Source: Balanoglossus misakiensis
Taxonomy: Eukaryota > Animalia > Hemichordata
Direction: 5' to 3'
Assembly (NCBI GenBank): GCA_040954595.2
Contig: JBECUI020000040.1
Location: 1-64,000 of the forward strand
Length of the DNA: 64,000 nucleotides
The notes beneath the pieces were generated by a model, which saw only the letters and a program-made list of their open reading frames with translations, did not search any database and had not been told where the DNA came from. Both the position numbers and the translations under genes were made by a program. Each line of letters begins with the position of its first letter. Position 1 is the first letter of the stretch. Shown here in pieces: positions 50,827-61,193 of this stretch.

Positions 50827-51824
50827 CGACCGTTAATTTCAGGATTTGCAGGATAGCGAATCTTTCGAAAATACAGATACCAGGTCTGAATGCGGTAGGA
50901 CCAGCCCCAGGTACGAAGATAAGCCTCGCTTTCGTTGGAAAAAGGTTCCAAATCCCTCTGGTAGCCCACCGAGGAAGTAAGAAACACCGCCAGGTCCATA
51001 GGAATATGGGTAAAAGAATCGGAAGTCTCTTGTAACCAGTTCATTAGAAAAAAGTCCTGGGCCCTATAACGATTGATTAAGCGGATATTCCGGGTCCTGA
51101 TGCCACGTTTAATGGTATTGACAAGGGTCTCCAGGTCTTCAACAGTCCAAGACTTATCGCTGGCGTGGAAGAGCAGATCCTTACGGACACTTTCGTAGGC
51201 GTTGGGCCTCCCAGGAATCTTGGTTTCAGGCAGCTGGAGAAAGGTCTTATAGGCTGTATAAGCGGCATTCCAATTGCCCACTTTCTCGTGGAGTTCAGCC
51301 AATACATAATGGGTGCGGCCCACATCGATCCTGTCGGAGAAACTTCTGAGCATTTTTTCATAAAGTTTGATAGCTTCATGAGGATCTTCAGTCTCCCTGG
51401 CGATTTCCTTCATGGCTAGAAGATGTAAAGACTGGTCCCGAATGATCAGTTCGGCAGAACTATTGAGCAGCCGACGCCAATAATCCAGAGCCACAGGTAA
51501 GGCTCCCACACTCCTCGCATTCTCTCCCAAGGCCATAAGGTAGTAAGCCTTGTAGGAATCCTCTGGCGAAATTTCCAAAATGTGCCAAAGAAGAAGTGTA
51601 AGTTCGTCCAGAGCATCGATCTCTTTATATTTGATAATAAGAAAATCCATGGCAGCAAAGCGATCTTCGGATAAGGTTTCCTGGTTCAAGGCCAGTGCCA
51701 GGAACTCCCGGGCATCCGTATCTTTGCTGAGTTCTTCGGGAAGAAGAACTTCTCCCCCGCATCCGCTCAAAAGCAAATAGAAGAAAAATGCGGATAATAA
51801 AACTGAAAGTGGACGAAGGATCAT
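50787..51824 (-). CDS. Tetratricopeptide-repeat lipoprotein
   Basis: LSGC lipobox and TPR-like helical repeats. Confidence 0.65.
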   Translation of the reverse strand: MILRPLSVLLSAFFFYLLLSGCGGEVLLPEELSKDTDAREFLALALNQETLSEDRFAAMDFLIIKYKEIDALDELTLLLWHILEISPEDSYKAYYLMALGENARSVGALPVALDYWRRLLNSSAELIIRDQSLHLLAMKEIARETEDPHEAIKLYEKMLRSFSDRIDVGRTHYVLAELHEKVGNWNAAYTAYKTFLQLPETKIPGRPNAYESVRKDLLFHASDKSWTVEDLETLVNTIKRGIRTRNIRLINRYRAQDFFLMNWLQETSDSFTHIPMDLAVFLTSSVGYQRDLEPFSNESEAYLRTWGWSYRIQTWYLYFRKIRYPANPEINGRWEWAGIYFGEPL

Positions 51825-51895
51825 TAGGACTAGGATAATACCCCTCGTTCAGACGAGGAGGCAAGTCCTATGCTCGAAAAAACAAAGATGAACCA

Positions 51896-53131
51896 TCAGC
51901 GTTCCTGGCCCTCCATATATTTTTTAAACTTCATGGAGTCGGATTGAAAAGCTACAATATTCTTCTCCGAATCCGACCTGTCCAGGGAACTTTGGGCTTC
52001 ACGAACAAGGCGATCAGGCTCCAATTGCCTATTGTTCCGGGAAGCGACACCGACAATAGCCTTGGTATTCCCATTCTTTTCCCTCCAGCCCCTCAGAAAT
52101 TTCTCTATAAGGGTTATTGCCTCGTCCTGGTTGACATTGGGCTGGATCAGGGCAAAGCCACGTCCCTCATAGTCAAAAATCAGATCTTGGGTGGTGAATT
52201 GGTCATGGATATAAGCGGAGAAATCATCGTATTCCTGAGCCGTAAGCTCTTCTGTATTTTGTATAAGTATGAGGCTCAGGTCTTGGTCAGCCAAGGTGGT
52301 TCTTTCCAGTTCCACGGCCAAGGTGTCTACCATGGAATCGCTTTTTTGTTCATCAAAATTCCCAATAAACTCATCTCCCGCTTCGTCCAATATGGACTCG
52401 GGGAAGTCCTCCATGGAAATTTTATTTTCCGCCATTGGACTGTCTGCATCCAAGTCAGTGGGAACAAAGAGTTCCTCATCTTCGGAGTCAAGGTCTTGTT
52501 TCTCTTCGTCTTCCGGAGGCAGATCACTGAAGGAATTTTCATCAAGTTCTGAAATGTACTGTTCCTTCCGCACTGCATCGGTAGAAAGCTGGGCTGAGAT
52601 CAAGATCATAAGAAGGGTGACCAGAAAAAGCGATACCACTACGATAAGATCTATCCGGAGTAGTTCCCGTAATTCCGCAGGCCCAAGAACTTGAAAGACA
52701 AAATCAGCGTCCAGGCCGGGCATCCCCTCAATATTTAAGGCTTGAGTTGCGGTGGTAAAACGCAGTTTCATCAGGGGCCGGTTAAAGACATTGGAGTTTA
52801 TTAACGCCGTATTGGCGAGGTTCTCAGCCAATGCATTTTCTCTGGTTGAAACTACACTCAGGCGCAGTCCACTGTCGTGAGAATAGAGTTGGACAACCTC
52901 CAGACGGGGCTCCTGGATAAGAAAAGAACGGGCAAGTTCTTTTTCTTTTTCGATATTGCGATCCTGAGCAATAGACCTACTCATCTCATTAGTCCAGGTT
53001 TCGACAAGAGGCTGAACCATGGCAATACGGGCATTTAGCATGGAACGCCCACTCAGAACTGTCCACCCCACTAGAACAAGAAGTGCAACAATCACAAAAA
53101 CTGTGTAGATGGTTGTAAATATCTTCTTCAT
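51896..53131 (-). CDS. Two-TM membrane protein with an acidic linker and a degenerate GGDEF-like C-terminal domain
   Basis: ELERT..DLSLILI, FDYEGRGFALIQPN and VGVASR; no GGDEF signature. Confidence 0.6.
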   Translation of the reverse strand: MKKIFTTIYTVFVIVALLVLVGWTVLSGRSMLNARIAMVQPLVETWTNEMSRSIAQDRNIEKEKELARSFLIQEPRLEVVQLYSHDSGLRLSVVSTRENALAENLANTALINSNVFNRPLMKLRFTTATQALNIEGMPGLDADFVFQVLGPAELRELLRIDLIVVVSLFLVTLLMILISAQLSTDAVRKEQYISELDENSFSDLPPEDEEKQDLDSEDEELFVPTDLDADSPMAENKISMEDFPESILDEAGDEFIGNFDEQKSDSMVDTLAVELERTTLADQDLSLILIQNTEELTAQEYDDFSAYIHDQFTTQDLIFDYEGRGFALIQPNVNQDEAITLIEKFLRGWREKNGNTKAIVGVASRNNRQLEPDRLVREAQSSLDRSDSEKNIVAFQSDSMKFKKYMEGQER

Positions 53132-53492
53132 AAGCTATGTTATACCAAAAGAACTGCTAAGGTATAGAGTACATTCCTTAATACAGCAGCCTAACCAGGA
53201 ATCAGCCCATATAAAGGGCTTCCGTAAAGTACGCAAACTCTGCTATATCTCTTTCTGACAATCCCTTCAATTTGGTTTCTATAGAGCTCCCACCCTAGCA
53301 GGACAGCTTAAAACCAGCAGGCATCAGTCAGCAAAGCGGGGACTGCAGAGCTCGGGATTCTCTCCTCTCAACTTCCCAATCCGGCAAGTTGGAAAAAATG
53401 TCAGCCCGAACCCATGAACCATTCCCCCCATACCCTTAATAACGGGCAGAAACCGCCTATTATTAAGCTTTCCCATACCTAAAAACTTCAAC

Positions 53493-53945
53493 CTACATAA
53501 GGTTTGTCATTAAAATAGAGGCAACCAAGGCTAAAATGGCATAAAATTCAGGAAAAACCGCCAGAATAAAGGTGTTAACAAACACATCATGCCCAGAGCC
53601 TATGCCGGAAATACCCGCAGCACAGACCCGACCCTGCTGAATCGCAGAGAAAAGGGCGGCTAAGCCCATGGCTATTCCTGCACTCAGTACTAAAGAGCCC
53701 TGGAAAATGGTAAGGTCCGGACTCAGATAACCTGAAAATATAATGTAGCAAACAAAACCGTACAAGCCCTGAGTGGCCGGAAGTCCCGAAAGCACCAAAT
53801 TCTGACCAAAAGTCTCAGGACGTTTTTTAATTGCTCCCAAGGCAGTTGTTCCCCCGATTACCAAACCAATCGCCGAACCTGTACCCGATAGTCCTACCAT
53901 CATCCCCAGGCCTATTCCGGCCAGAATCACAGCTAGTCCATTCAT
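53493..53945 (-). CDS. V/A-type ATP synthase subunit K
   Basis: Four TM helices, LPATQGLYGF and VFPEFYAI. Confidence 0.92.
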   Translation of the reverse strand: MNGLAVILAGIGLGMMVGLSGTGSAIGLVIGGTTALGAIKKRPETFGQNLVLSGLPATQGLYGFVCYIIFSGYLSPDLTIFQGSLVLSAGIAMGLAALFSAIQQGRVCAAGISGIGSGHDVFVNTFILAVFPEFYAILALVASILMTNLM

Positions 53946-55818
53946 CCCATTCCTCCATCAAGGACATTTCTTTTCATAAACGGTCGGTATGCCTTTCCCC
54001 CTCCAGTAAACCCAACAGCTTTGTAAAATTCTACAAAGGTCAGGCGCAAAGGGTGGACAAAGGCTCCCAGGGAGGCCAGGGCAAAGTTAATCCCGTGTCC
54101 TCCTAACAAAATAAGTAGCATAAAAATATAGGCAATAAAGTTCGGATTATCTCCCCGAACCATAAAGGCTATCTGGTTGACAGCCCCCCCCAACAATCCT
54201 CCAGCCAGGCTCAGGGCAAAGATCCTGATATAAGAGAGCACGTCACCGGGAACCCCGGAAACAATGCCGTACATCTCCCAAAGTCCCAGAAGCGGCCGAA
54301 TCCATATCTTCTTGTTCAAGTTATTGAAGAACAGCACCAGAGCCCCACCAAGAACAAGAAGATAAAGCCCTACCCTGGCCGGATTAACAGTCAGATAGAC
54401 CAAGAAACCCACAGGAATCGGCCCTACCTTGTAATCCGGCCCCAAGTTCTTCAGAGCAAGAAACAAGGTGCCGAGGATCAGCAGAAGAGTCCCCAGTGGC
54501 TGAAGCCCGCCAACAAATCCTCTTTGACGGATCCTATTAGCTATCTGCAGTCCATAGCCGACAAACAATTGCACAATACCCAAAGTCAAAGCAAAGGCCA
54601 TAGCGGCGTCTAAATCATCAAAGACAACAAAGCTTCGCAAGGCATCAGGCAGACCTGGAATATCCAGGATTTTAATTCCGAAAGCGGTATTAAACAACAG
54701 CCCGCCAAGCAGGGTCATAAACCCTAGCATAATGCCTAAGGAAGCAATAAATTTCCCAGGGGGCTTCTTTACCACAAAAAAGGCTGTTAGAGAAAGCCCC
54801 AGTACCAGAAGGCCATAACCGAAATCCGCAAGGCAGAGACCGAAAAAGAGTGCAAAAAAAGGTGCCAGAAAGGCAGTGGTATCAAATTCCCCGTAATTAG
54901 GAAGCCCGAATATACGGGTGATGGGCTCAAAGTACCGGAATGGACCAAAGTTTTTCAGTCTTATCGGAACTTCCTGGGGATCGCTGGGGTCATCCACCAG
55001 GTAAAGGACATCCTGCTTCTCCAAGAAGAGTTGGACAGAAGCCAGGTCTGCCTGAGGAACGTAGCCAACGAGGCTGAGCATCTCCCCTCCTGCTTCCTTA
55101 TTAAGGGAGAGATCCGCAACAAGGTAGTCCCTTTTTTCTTCCAGCTTTTCTATGTACAGCTCCAGCATCTTTCTCTGGGAATAAAGGCCAGACAGGAAAA
55201 CTTCTTCCTCTTTTATGGCCTGGTTTAGATTTCTCTGCTGAGTCTGGAGATGTTCAAGGTTTTTTCGGGAAATGTCTTGCGGAATAAGCCCTTCAAGCTC
55301 CACCGGCTCCTCCCCTTCCCTTGTGATGAGCAGGAGGTGGACCACATTTCCTTCCTCACTTAGAAAATAGACGCAGTGGTCTTTAAATGCCTCTGGATCA
55401 TACTTTCTTTTGGAGTGGGTCAGGAAAGAAAAACGCAGGCCCTGGCCCTCCAGGACCTCCAGAAGTTGAGGATCAAAATCCCCCAGGGCAGTAAGGACTT
55501 TATGTCCTTGTTCAGGTTTTCCTTTTCCGTGTGAAGATGGATAAGTTTCTGGAGGGAATCCGCGGCAGCCTGACAGAACTCATCCACATTGCTATAAGTT
55601 TTCACTTCAGTGGGAGGGGGGGGAGTCTTGTGGTTGGCTAAGAACTGGAGGGTTTTCTTCAGGTTCTTGAGTTTCTCATCAAGTTCTTCTACTTCGGCAC
55701 TAGGGTTGAGAGTCTGATTCGTCAAATGCATAACCCCAAGGCCCTGAAGACGGTCAAGGAACTCCCGCCGACTGCTGGCAAGAGCCAAGACCGAAAGCTT
55801 CTTCATCGGCTCTACCAT
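53942..55818 (-). CDS. V/A-type ATP synthase subunit I, frameshifted near 55350-55480
   Basis: ORFs 55420..55818 and 53942..55345; DVLSYIRIFAL and VHPLRLTFVEF motifs. Confidence 0.9.
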
Positions 55819-56420
55819 CAGGCTACCTCGACCCTTGCATTCTGCCGATTCTTGGTAATTTTCTGCCCAGCCTTTTCCAGGTTTTCAACGTCCTCCAGAT
55901 AGCGTTTGATCTTCAAGATGGAGCCGGAAAATTCAGGGATCTGTACTTTTTCATAAAGGTTTACCTTCTGGGTGGTTTTCTTCCGGGCATACTCCAGAAG
56001 TTCAATACGTTTCTTAGACACTTCTATCTCTGCCGACATCTTCCCCAGTGTTTTGACCATGGCGATTCCCCAGGGCAGCCAGGCCGGAGAAAGAAATGCC
56101 GAATAAGGTCGAAGGTCATAAGTAATCTCCCTCACTACAGGCACTTTGATCCCCGCAAGGTTATCTTCTTGCAAGGTTACTGACTGCAGTTGCAGTAGAG
56201 AATCGGGGAATTCCGCCCAGAGTCGATTACTTTCTTGAATTTCTTCCAGTTTTTTTTCCAGGGTCTTTTTCAGGTCGTCAAGGAGATGTTTTTCCTTCTT
56301 GAGAATAACCCTGAGGTAGGCCTCCTTGCTTTTTAAGGTGGGTAAGGCGTTTTGCCGTATTTTGAGCCCCTTCTGAAGCATCTGTAGAGCCACCTTATTA
56401 AACTGGAACTTCAATGACAT
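55818..56420 (-). CDS. V/A-type ATP synthase subunit D
   Basis: LPTLKSKE and KTTQKVNLYEKVQIP motifs. Confidence 0.92.
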   Translation of the reverse strand: MSLKFQFNKVALQMLQKGLKIRQNALPTLKSKEAYLRVILKKEKHLLDDLKKTLEKKLEEIQESNRLWAEFPDSLLQLQSVTLQEDNLAGIKVPVVREITYDLRPYSAFLSPAWLPWGIAMVKTLGKMSAEIEVSKKRIELLEYARKKTTQKVNLYEKVQIPEFSGSILKIKRYLEDVENLEKAGQKITKNRQNARVEVA

Positions 56421-56423
56421 ATT

Positions 56424-57746
56424 TTATTTCCCTTTCCAGTACTTGTCCATGATAGCTTTTTTCCCGGCAACCTCTTCCCGGGTAAAATGTCGACCTAAAA
56501 GCTCCCAGGCAAGGTCAAGCATGGCATTGGGTTCCAGGTCTACGTCTATAGCTAAAAGTTGGTCGGAGTATTCCCTAGCAAAGGAGATGGACCGGTTATC
56601 GTAGTCGCTAAGGTCAAAACCGTTATCCCGCTTGGTTTTGGCATCGGCGGCGTCAGAGTAAAGTCGTATAGCGGAATTCATGACAACCGAATGGTCTTCG
56701 CGGGTTTTTTTATTAATAACTAACTGTTTGAGCCTGGATAGGGAGCGGAAAGGGTCAACGATAACCTTCCCAATGTCCGTGTCGGTGCGCAGGAAAAGCT
56801 GCCCTTCTGTAATGTAACCCGTGTTGTCAGGGATAGCATGGGTAATGTCTCCGCCAGACAGGGTGGTCACAGCCACTATGGTTATAGAGCCTCCATTGGG
56901 AAACTGGACAGCCTTTTCGTAGAGTTTTGCCAGGTCGGAATACAGAGACCCGGGCATGGAGTCTTTTGATGGAATCTGGTCCATCTTGTTGGCAACTATG
57001 GCCAGGGCATCGGCGTAGAGAGTCATATCGGTCAGAAGGACCAGGACCTTCTCATTTTTATCCACCGCAAAGTATTCGGCGGCGGTAAGGGCCATATCCG
57101 GGACCAAGAGGCGCTCCACAGGGGGATTCTCGGTGGTGTTGATAAAGCTGATAATCTTGTCCATGGCTCCGGCATTTTCAAACAGATCTCGGAAGTACAG
57201 GTAGTCATCATTAGAGAGTCCCATGCCTCCTAAAATGATCTTGTCTGCCTCGGCCCTGAGGGCAACATTGGCCATCACCTCGTTGTAGGGCTGGTCCGGG
57301 TCGGCAAAGAAAGGAATCTTCTGCCCTCCTACCAGAGTGTTGTTCAGGTCTATTCCTGCTATGCCTGTGGTAATGAGCTGGGAAGGCTGCTGCCTGCGTA
57401 CCGGGTTCACCGAGGGACCGGCGATTATTCGTTCTTCACCTTCAATGTCTGGCCCTCCATCGATGGGCATGCCGTAGGCATTGAAGAAGCGCCCGGCAAG
57501 ATCTTCTGAGACCTTCAGGACGGGGGGGCGACCCAGAAAGGTCACCTGAGCTTGGGTGCTAATGCCTTCGGTACCCACAAAAACTTGCAGGGTCACCTCG
57601 TCTTTTTGAATTTTGACCACCTGGGCCAGACGATCTTCCACAAAGGCCATTTCTTCATTCCCAATGCCTTCGGCGGTCAAGGAGCAGGTCGCCTTGGTAA
57701 TTTTGTTGATTCTTGTATAGATTTTTCTAAACGCCTGACTCTGCAT
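56424..57746 (-). CDS. V/A-type ATP synthase subunit B
   Basis: GQKIPFF, LTDMTLYADAL and PDNTGYITEGQ motifs. Confidence 0.95.
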   Translation of the reverse strand: MQSQAFRKIYTRINKITKATCSLTAEGIGNEEMAFVEDRLAQVVKIQKDEVTLQVFVGTEGISTQAQVTFLGRPPVLKVSEDLAGRFFNAYGMPIDGGPDIEGEERIIAGPSVNPVRRQQPSQLITTGIAGIDLNNTLVGGQKIPFFADPDQPYNEVMANVALRAEADKIILGGMGLSNDDYLYFRDLFENAGAMDKIISFINTTENPPVERLLVPDMALTAAEYFAVDKNEKVLVLLTDMTLYADALAIVANKMDQIPSKDSMPGSLYSDLAKLYEKAVQFPNGGSITIVAVTTLSGGDITHAIPDNTGYITEGQLFLRTDTDIGKVIVDPFRSLSRLKQLVINKKTREDHSVVMNSAIRLYSDAADAKTKRDNGFDLSDYDNRSISFAREYSDQLLAIDVDLEPNAMLDLAWELLGRHFTREEVAGKKAIMDKYWKGK

Positions 57747-59500
57747 CAGGTTAGCCCTCCCTCTTGGAGAAGTTCCCGCAATTCCTTTTCAAAGTTTTGG
57801 AACCCTGTAGACTGAAATTCGCAGTAGTTCATCTGTCTTAAACAATCAATAACTCGCTTGAAGTAGGGTGATACCTCTTCAAAGCTATCAAAACGATACT
57901 CTCCGTCGCATACTTCTTTGACCAGTTCCAGGCTGTATTTCTGTCTCTCCAACCCGCAAAAACTATCAATGGGGTCAAAGGCATCCTGCTGAATCAGGCA
58001 GAAATCAATGACTTCGCCTTTCCAGAACTCCACATGGCTGGATACCGGAACCCCATCGTCCCCAAGAATATTAATCTGGTCCTGGGCCTCTCTTGCCCTA
58101 AGGAGAAGGTTCTTCAAGGTCAAAACATTATCAACCCAGCTCTCCCCAGATCTCTTTTTAAGGTATTGACGAATTTCCGGGCTTGCTAAGTATTGGGAAT
58201 AGCTTTCCAGGGGATCAACGGCAGGATAGCGCTTGGAATCCGCTCGTTTCTGAGAGAGGGCGTAGAAGCATTGGGCAACCTTCTTGGTCGCTTCTGTTAC
58301 CGGTTCTTTAAGATTACCCCCCGCCGGAGAGACGGTGCCCAGGAAGGTGAGAGAGCCAATTTCTCCATTATTCAACCGGACCACACCAGCTCGGGCATAA
58401 AAGTTCGCAATCACCGCCGATAAATCCATGGGGAATGCATCGGGACCGGGGAGTTCTTCCAAACGGTTGGACATTTCCCTAAGGGCCTGAGCCCATCGGG
58501 AAGTGGAATCCGCCAGGAGCAGGACACGGCATCCCATCTGCCGGTAGTACTCTCCAATAGTCATGGCGGTGTAGACTGAGGCCTCCCGAGCCGCAACCGG
58601 CATGTTGGAAGTGTTGCAGATAATGGTGGTCCGCTCACTCAGTTTGCGGCCTGTGCGGGTATCCTCAAGTTTGGGAAACTCGGTAAAGATTTCCACCACT
58701 TCATTGGCCCTTTCTCCACAGGCAGCAAAGATAATAATATCCGCCGAGGCATTTTTGGAGATGGCATGCTGCAACACGGTCTTCCCACAGCCGAAGGGGC
58801 CAGGGATAAATCCAGTGCCCCCTTCGCCCAGAGGGTTAAAGGTATCAAGAATGCGGTAACCCGTTTCTAGGAGACTAAAGGGTCGGGGCTTCTCTTTATA
58901 GGCTTTAAGGGGAATTTTAATGGGCCAGCGCTGCACCATACTGACCGAGACCGTCTCCCCCCGATCGTTTTCCAATAAGCCTATCTCGTCCCGTATGGTC
59001 AATGTGGTTTCTGTGATAATCCGGACAAGCCGCCAGCTGCCCTTAAGCTTGAAGGGCACCATGATTTTATGGGCCACCCAGTTTTCTTTTACTTCACCCA
59101 GCCAATCTCCGGCCACAACTATGTCTCCAGAACGGGCTAAGGGCTTAAAAATATAAGTCTTCTCTTCATCGAGGGGCGAGGTGTATTCTCCCCGCTTGAG
59201 GAAGATACCTTCCTTTTGATCCAAGTCGTTCTGCAGTCCATCGAAGTTTCTGGAGAGCAGACCCGGCCCCAGTTGAACCTCCAGCAAATCACCGGTAAAT
59301 TCAACATCCAGGCCTATCTTGATTCCCCGAGTGCTTTCAAAGCACTGAAGGCTGAGCATCTTACCGTGAATTTTTATTACTTCAGCCATCAACCGTTCCT
59401 GCCCAGAAACGATATAGGCGATTTCGTTCTGGCACACAGGGCCAGAAACTTCAACGGTAATAAGGTTGGCGATTATGCCGCTTACCTTACCAGTGGTCAT
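57746..59500 (-). CDS. V/A-type ATP synthase subunit A
   Basis: GPFGCGKTV P-loop, CGERANE, NTSNMPVAAREAS and DSTSRWAQALRE motifs. Confidence 0.96.
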   Translation of the reverse strand: MTTGKVSGIIANLITVEVSGPVCQNEIAYIVSGQERLMAEVIKIHGKMLSLQCFESTRGIKIGLDVEFTGDLLEVQLGPGLLSRNFDGLQNDLDQKEGIFLKRGEYTSPLDEEKTYIFKPLARSGDIVVAGDWLGEVKENWVAHKIMVPFKLKGSWRLVRIITETTLTIRDEIGLLENDRGETVSVSMVQRWPIKIPLKAYKEKPRPFSLLETGYRILDTFNPLGEGGTGFIPGPFGCGKTVLQHAISKNASADIIIFAACGERANEVVEIFTEFPKLEDTRTGRKLSERTTIICNTSNMPVAAREASVYTAMTIGEYYRQMGCRVLLLADSTSRWAQALREMSNRLEELPGPDAFPMDLSAVIANFYARAGVVRLNNGEIGSLTFLGTVSPAGGNLKEPVTEATKKVAQCFYALSQKRADSKRYPAVDPLESYSQYLASPEIRQYLKKRSGESWVDNVLTLKNLLLRAREAQDQINILGDDGVPVSSHVEFWKGEVIDFCLIQQDAFDPIDSFCGLERQKYSLELVKEVCDGEYRFDSFEEVSPYFKRVIDCLRQMNYCEFQSTGFQNFEKELRELLQEGGLT

Positions 59501-60300
59501 AGGCGTTCCTTTACTTGGCTTATCAGATTGTCTAGTTTTTGCTTACCTTCCTGGGGATCCAGAGCAAGCCATCTTTCTATGGAATGGATCTTCAGGGCAT
59601 AGGAAAAGACAGCTTCTTTGGAAAAGTAATGATAATCTATGGTTTCGTCGAGCCACGTCCAACGGATTTCATCAATTTTTTTTTCGATTTCTATGGGAGT
59701 AGCCCTGGCAAAAAGTTCTAGTAGGGGTTCAAAGATACCGATTTCACCAGCAAGGCCAAAATCCAGAGCCGTATTTGTGCCTAACTGCTCACAAAAATAA
59801 TCCCCAGGAATGAGTTCCTTCGTATAGCTCTGTCCTAAAACCCGGTGAGAAAGGGCCAGACAGAGGTTTCGACACCGACATTCAAAAAGCAGATAGTCTT
59901 TGACAAAAGCTCTGGCAAATTCATTTAGCCCCTCGTAGAGCAGCAGCAGCAGTTGGTCCCTGGGGGTAGTAAGCATTCCCTTGAGGTTTTCATCTGACTC
60001 CTCACGACTCTGGAGATAATCGGCCATAAAGGGAAACAGGAGATCGGTGTCCTTGAGTCCCTCAAGAAGTGTCTCTTCATTGTAGTAGGAAGGGCGAATA
60101 AAAGAACTATCACCGTGCAGACAACCCAGAAGATTATCTACATCGTTAAAGATAAAGCATCGACCCAACTCATCCCGATGGGCTGGTTTTAATTCTTCGG
60201 CGCAGAAGTCAAAAAAAGAAGGATAGGGATGCTTGCTTTCACTATCGGCTCTCAGGAGTTCTGGAAGGCTGGCAATAAGGTAGTGATATTCTTGTTTCAA
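59497..60300 (-). CDS. DUF2764 family protein (putative V-ATPase subunit C)
   Basis: YHYLIASLPEL N-terminus; position between subunits E and A. Confidence 0.75.
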   Translation of the reverse strand: MKQEYHYLIASLPELLRADSESKHPYPSFFDFCAEELKPAHRDELGRCFIFNDVDNLLGCLHGDSSFIRPSYYNEETLLEGLKDTDLLFPFMADYLQSREESDENLKGMLTTPRDQLLLLLYEGLNEFARAFVKDYLLFECRCRNLCLALSHRVLGQSYTKELIPGDYFCEQLGTNTALDFGLAGEIGIFEPLLELFARATPIEIEKKIDEIRWTWLDETIDYHYFSKEAVFSYALKIHSIERWLALDPQEGKQKLDNLISQVKERL

Positions 60301-60303
60301 AAC

Positions 60304-60933
60304 TTAGTTCTCAGTAAAGAGTAGGGCCTGAATTGTTTCTTTCACAAAGGATTTAAAGTACTCCTCAAAATCCTTATCACTGAAATTCAACTTGAAGGAA
60401 CCGTTCTTGGCTTCCAGGGTGAAACCATTGGACATACGCCCTTCGAAACGCAACTCCAAGCCCTTCATCAGAGGCACAGCCAAGGCATTTTGCAGATAGT
60501 CTGCAAACTCCTCCCGCTTGGTATGGCTGAGCACAACTCTGATATCCGGAGATTTTTCCATATTGTCCCAATGCGAAACTAAGTCTGCAATGAGCTTCTG
60601 CAGAAACTCCTTGTCGTCTAAGGCCACATTCAGTCTACGGCTTAAGATATCGTTAGCTAGTAGGTTCAACAAACGCTGCTTAAAGGCGCTCAATGCCTGC
60701 CTAGATGCCAGGGCAAGTTCGGACTTCCCCTGGCTTAGCAGTTTAGCAGCTGTTTTACGACCTTGACCAATAAGGGCTTGGGATTGTTTTTCAGCCTCAG
60801 AAAGGATATCCCTTCTCTGTTTCTCAGCCTCTTCCAAGATGGCTTGACCCTTAACCTCGGCTTTCTCAACACCTTCTCGGTAAAGCTTTTCTGTTAGTTC
60901 CCTTATCTTTTGATTCATTAAAATCTCACTCAC
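60304..60933 (-). CDS. V/A-type ATP synthase subunit E
   Basis: KIRELTEKLYREGVEKA coiled coil; first gene of the operon. Confidence 0.85.
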   Translation of the reverse strand: MSEILMNQKIRELTEKLYREGVEKAEVKGQAILEEAEKQRRDILSEAEKQSQALIGQGRKTAAKLLSQGKSELALASRQALSAFKQRLLNLLANDILSRRLNVALDDKEFLQKLIADLVSHWDNMEKSPDIRVVLSHTKREEFADYLQNALAVPLMKGLELRFEGRMSNGFTLEAKNGSFKLNFSDKDFEEYFKSFVKETIQALLFTEN

Positions 60934-61193
60934 TCCCAGCTGTATGCATATGATTTATATGGTACACACTACTTAGAGGATACTACCATAGGAGAAATTT
61001 AGCAAGGCATTTTATTTTCCATGTCCATTGGCTGCCCTCTCAAGCTCATGAGGAATATGGTGAGGAGAGTATCTCTAAGTTAGATTCAGGGATTCTCATT
61101 TTTGAGCTCAGTGTAATGGATGTGTCACCTGGGATGTGTAAGCTTTCGGCAACTAGTATATTGAGGACACATTAGCTATATTCTATATCGAAG

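Noticed and set aside
35176-55818. Mass pseudogenisation of ubiB-like, recD, recB, recC, SH3, mltD and V-ATPase I genes
   Set aside because: The breaks look like frameshifts with catalytic motifs and operon overlaps intact, and the ones inspected fall in homopolymer runs. This is typical of uncorrected long-read error; short-read polishing would decide.
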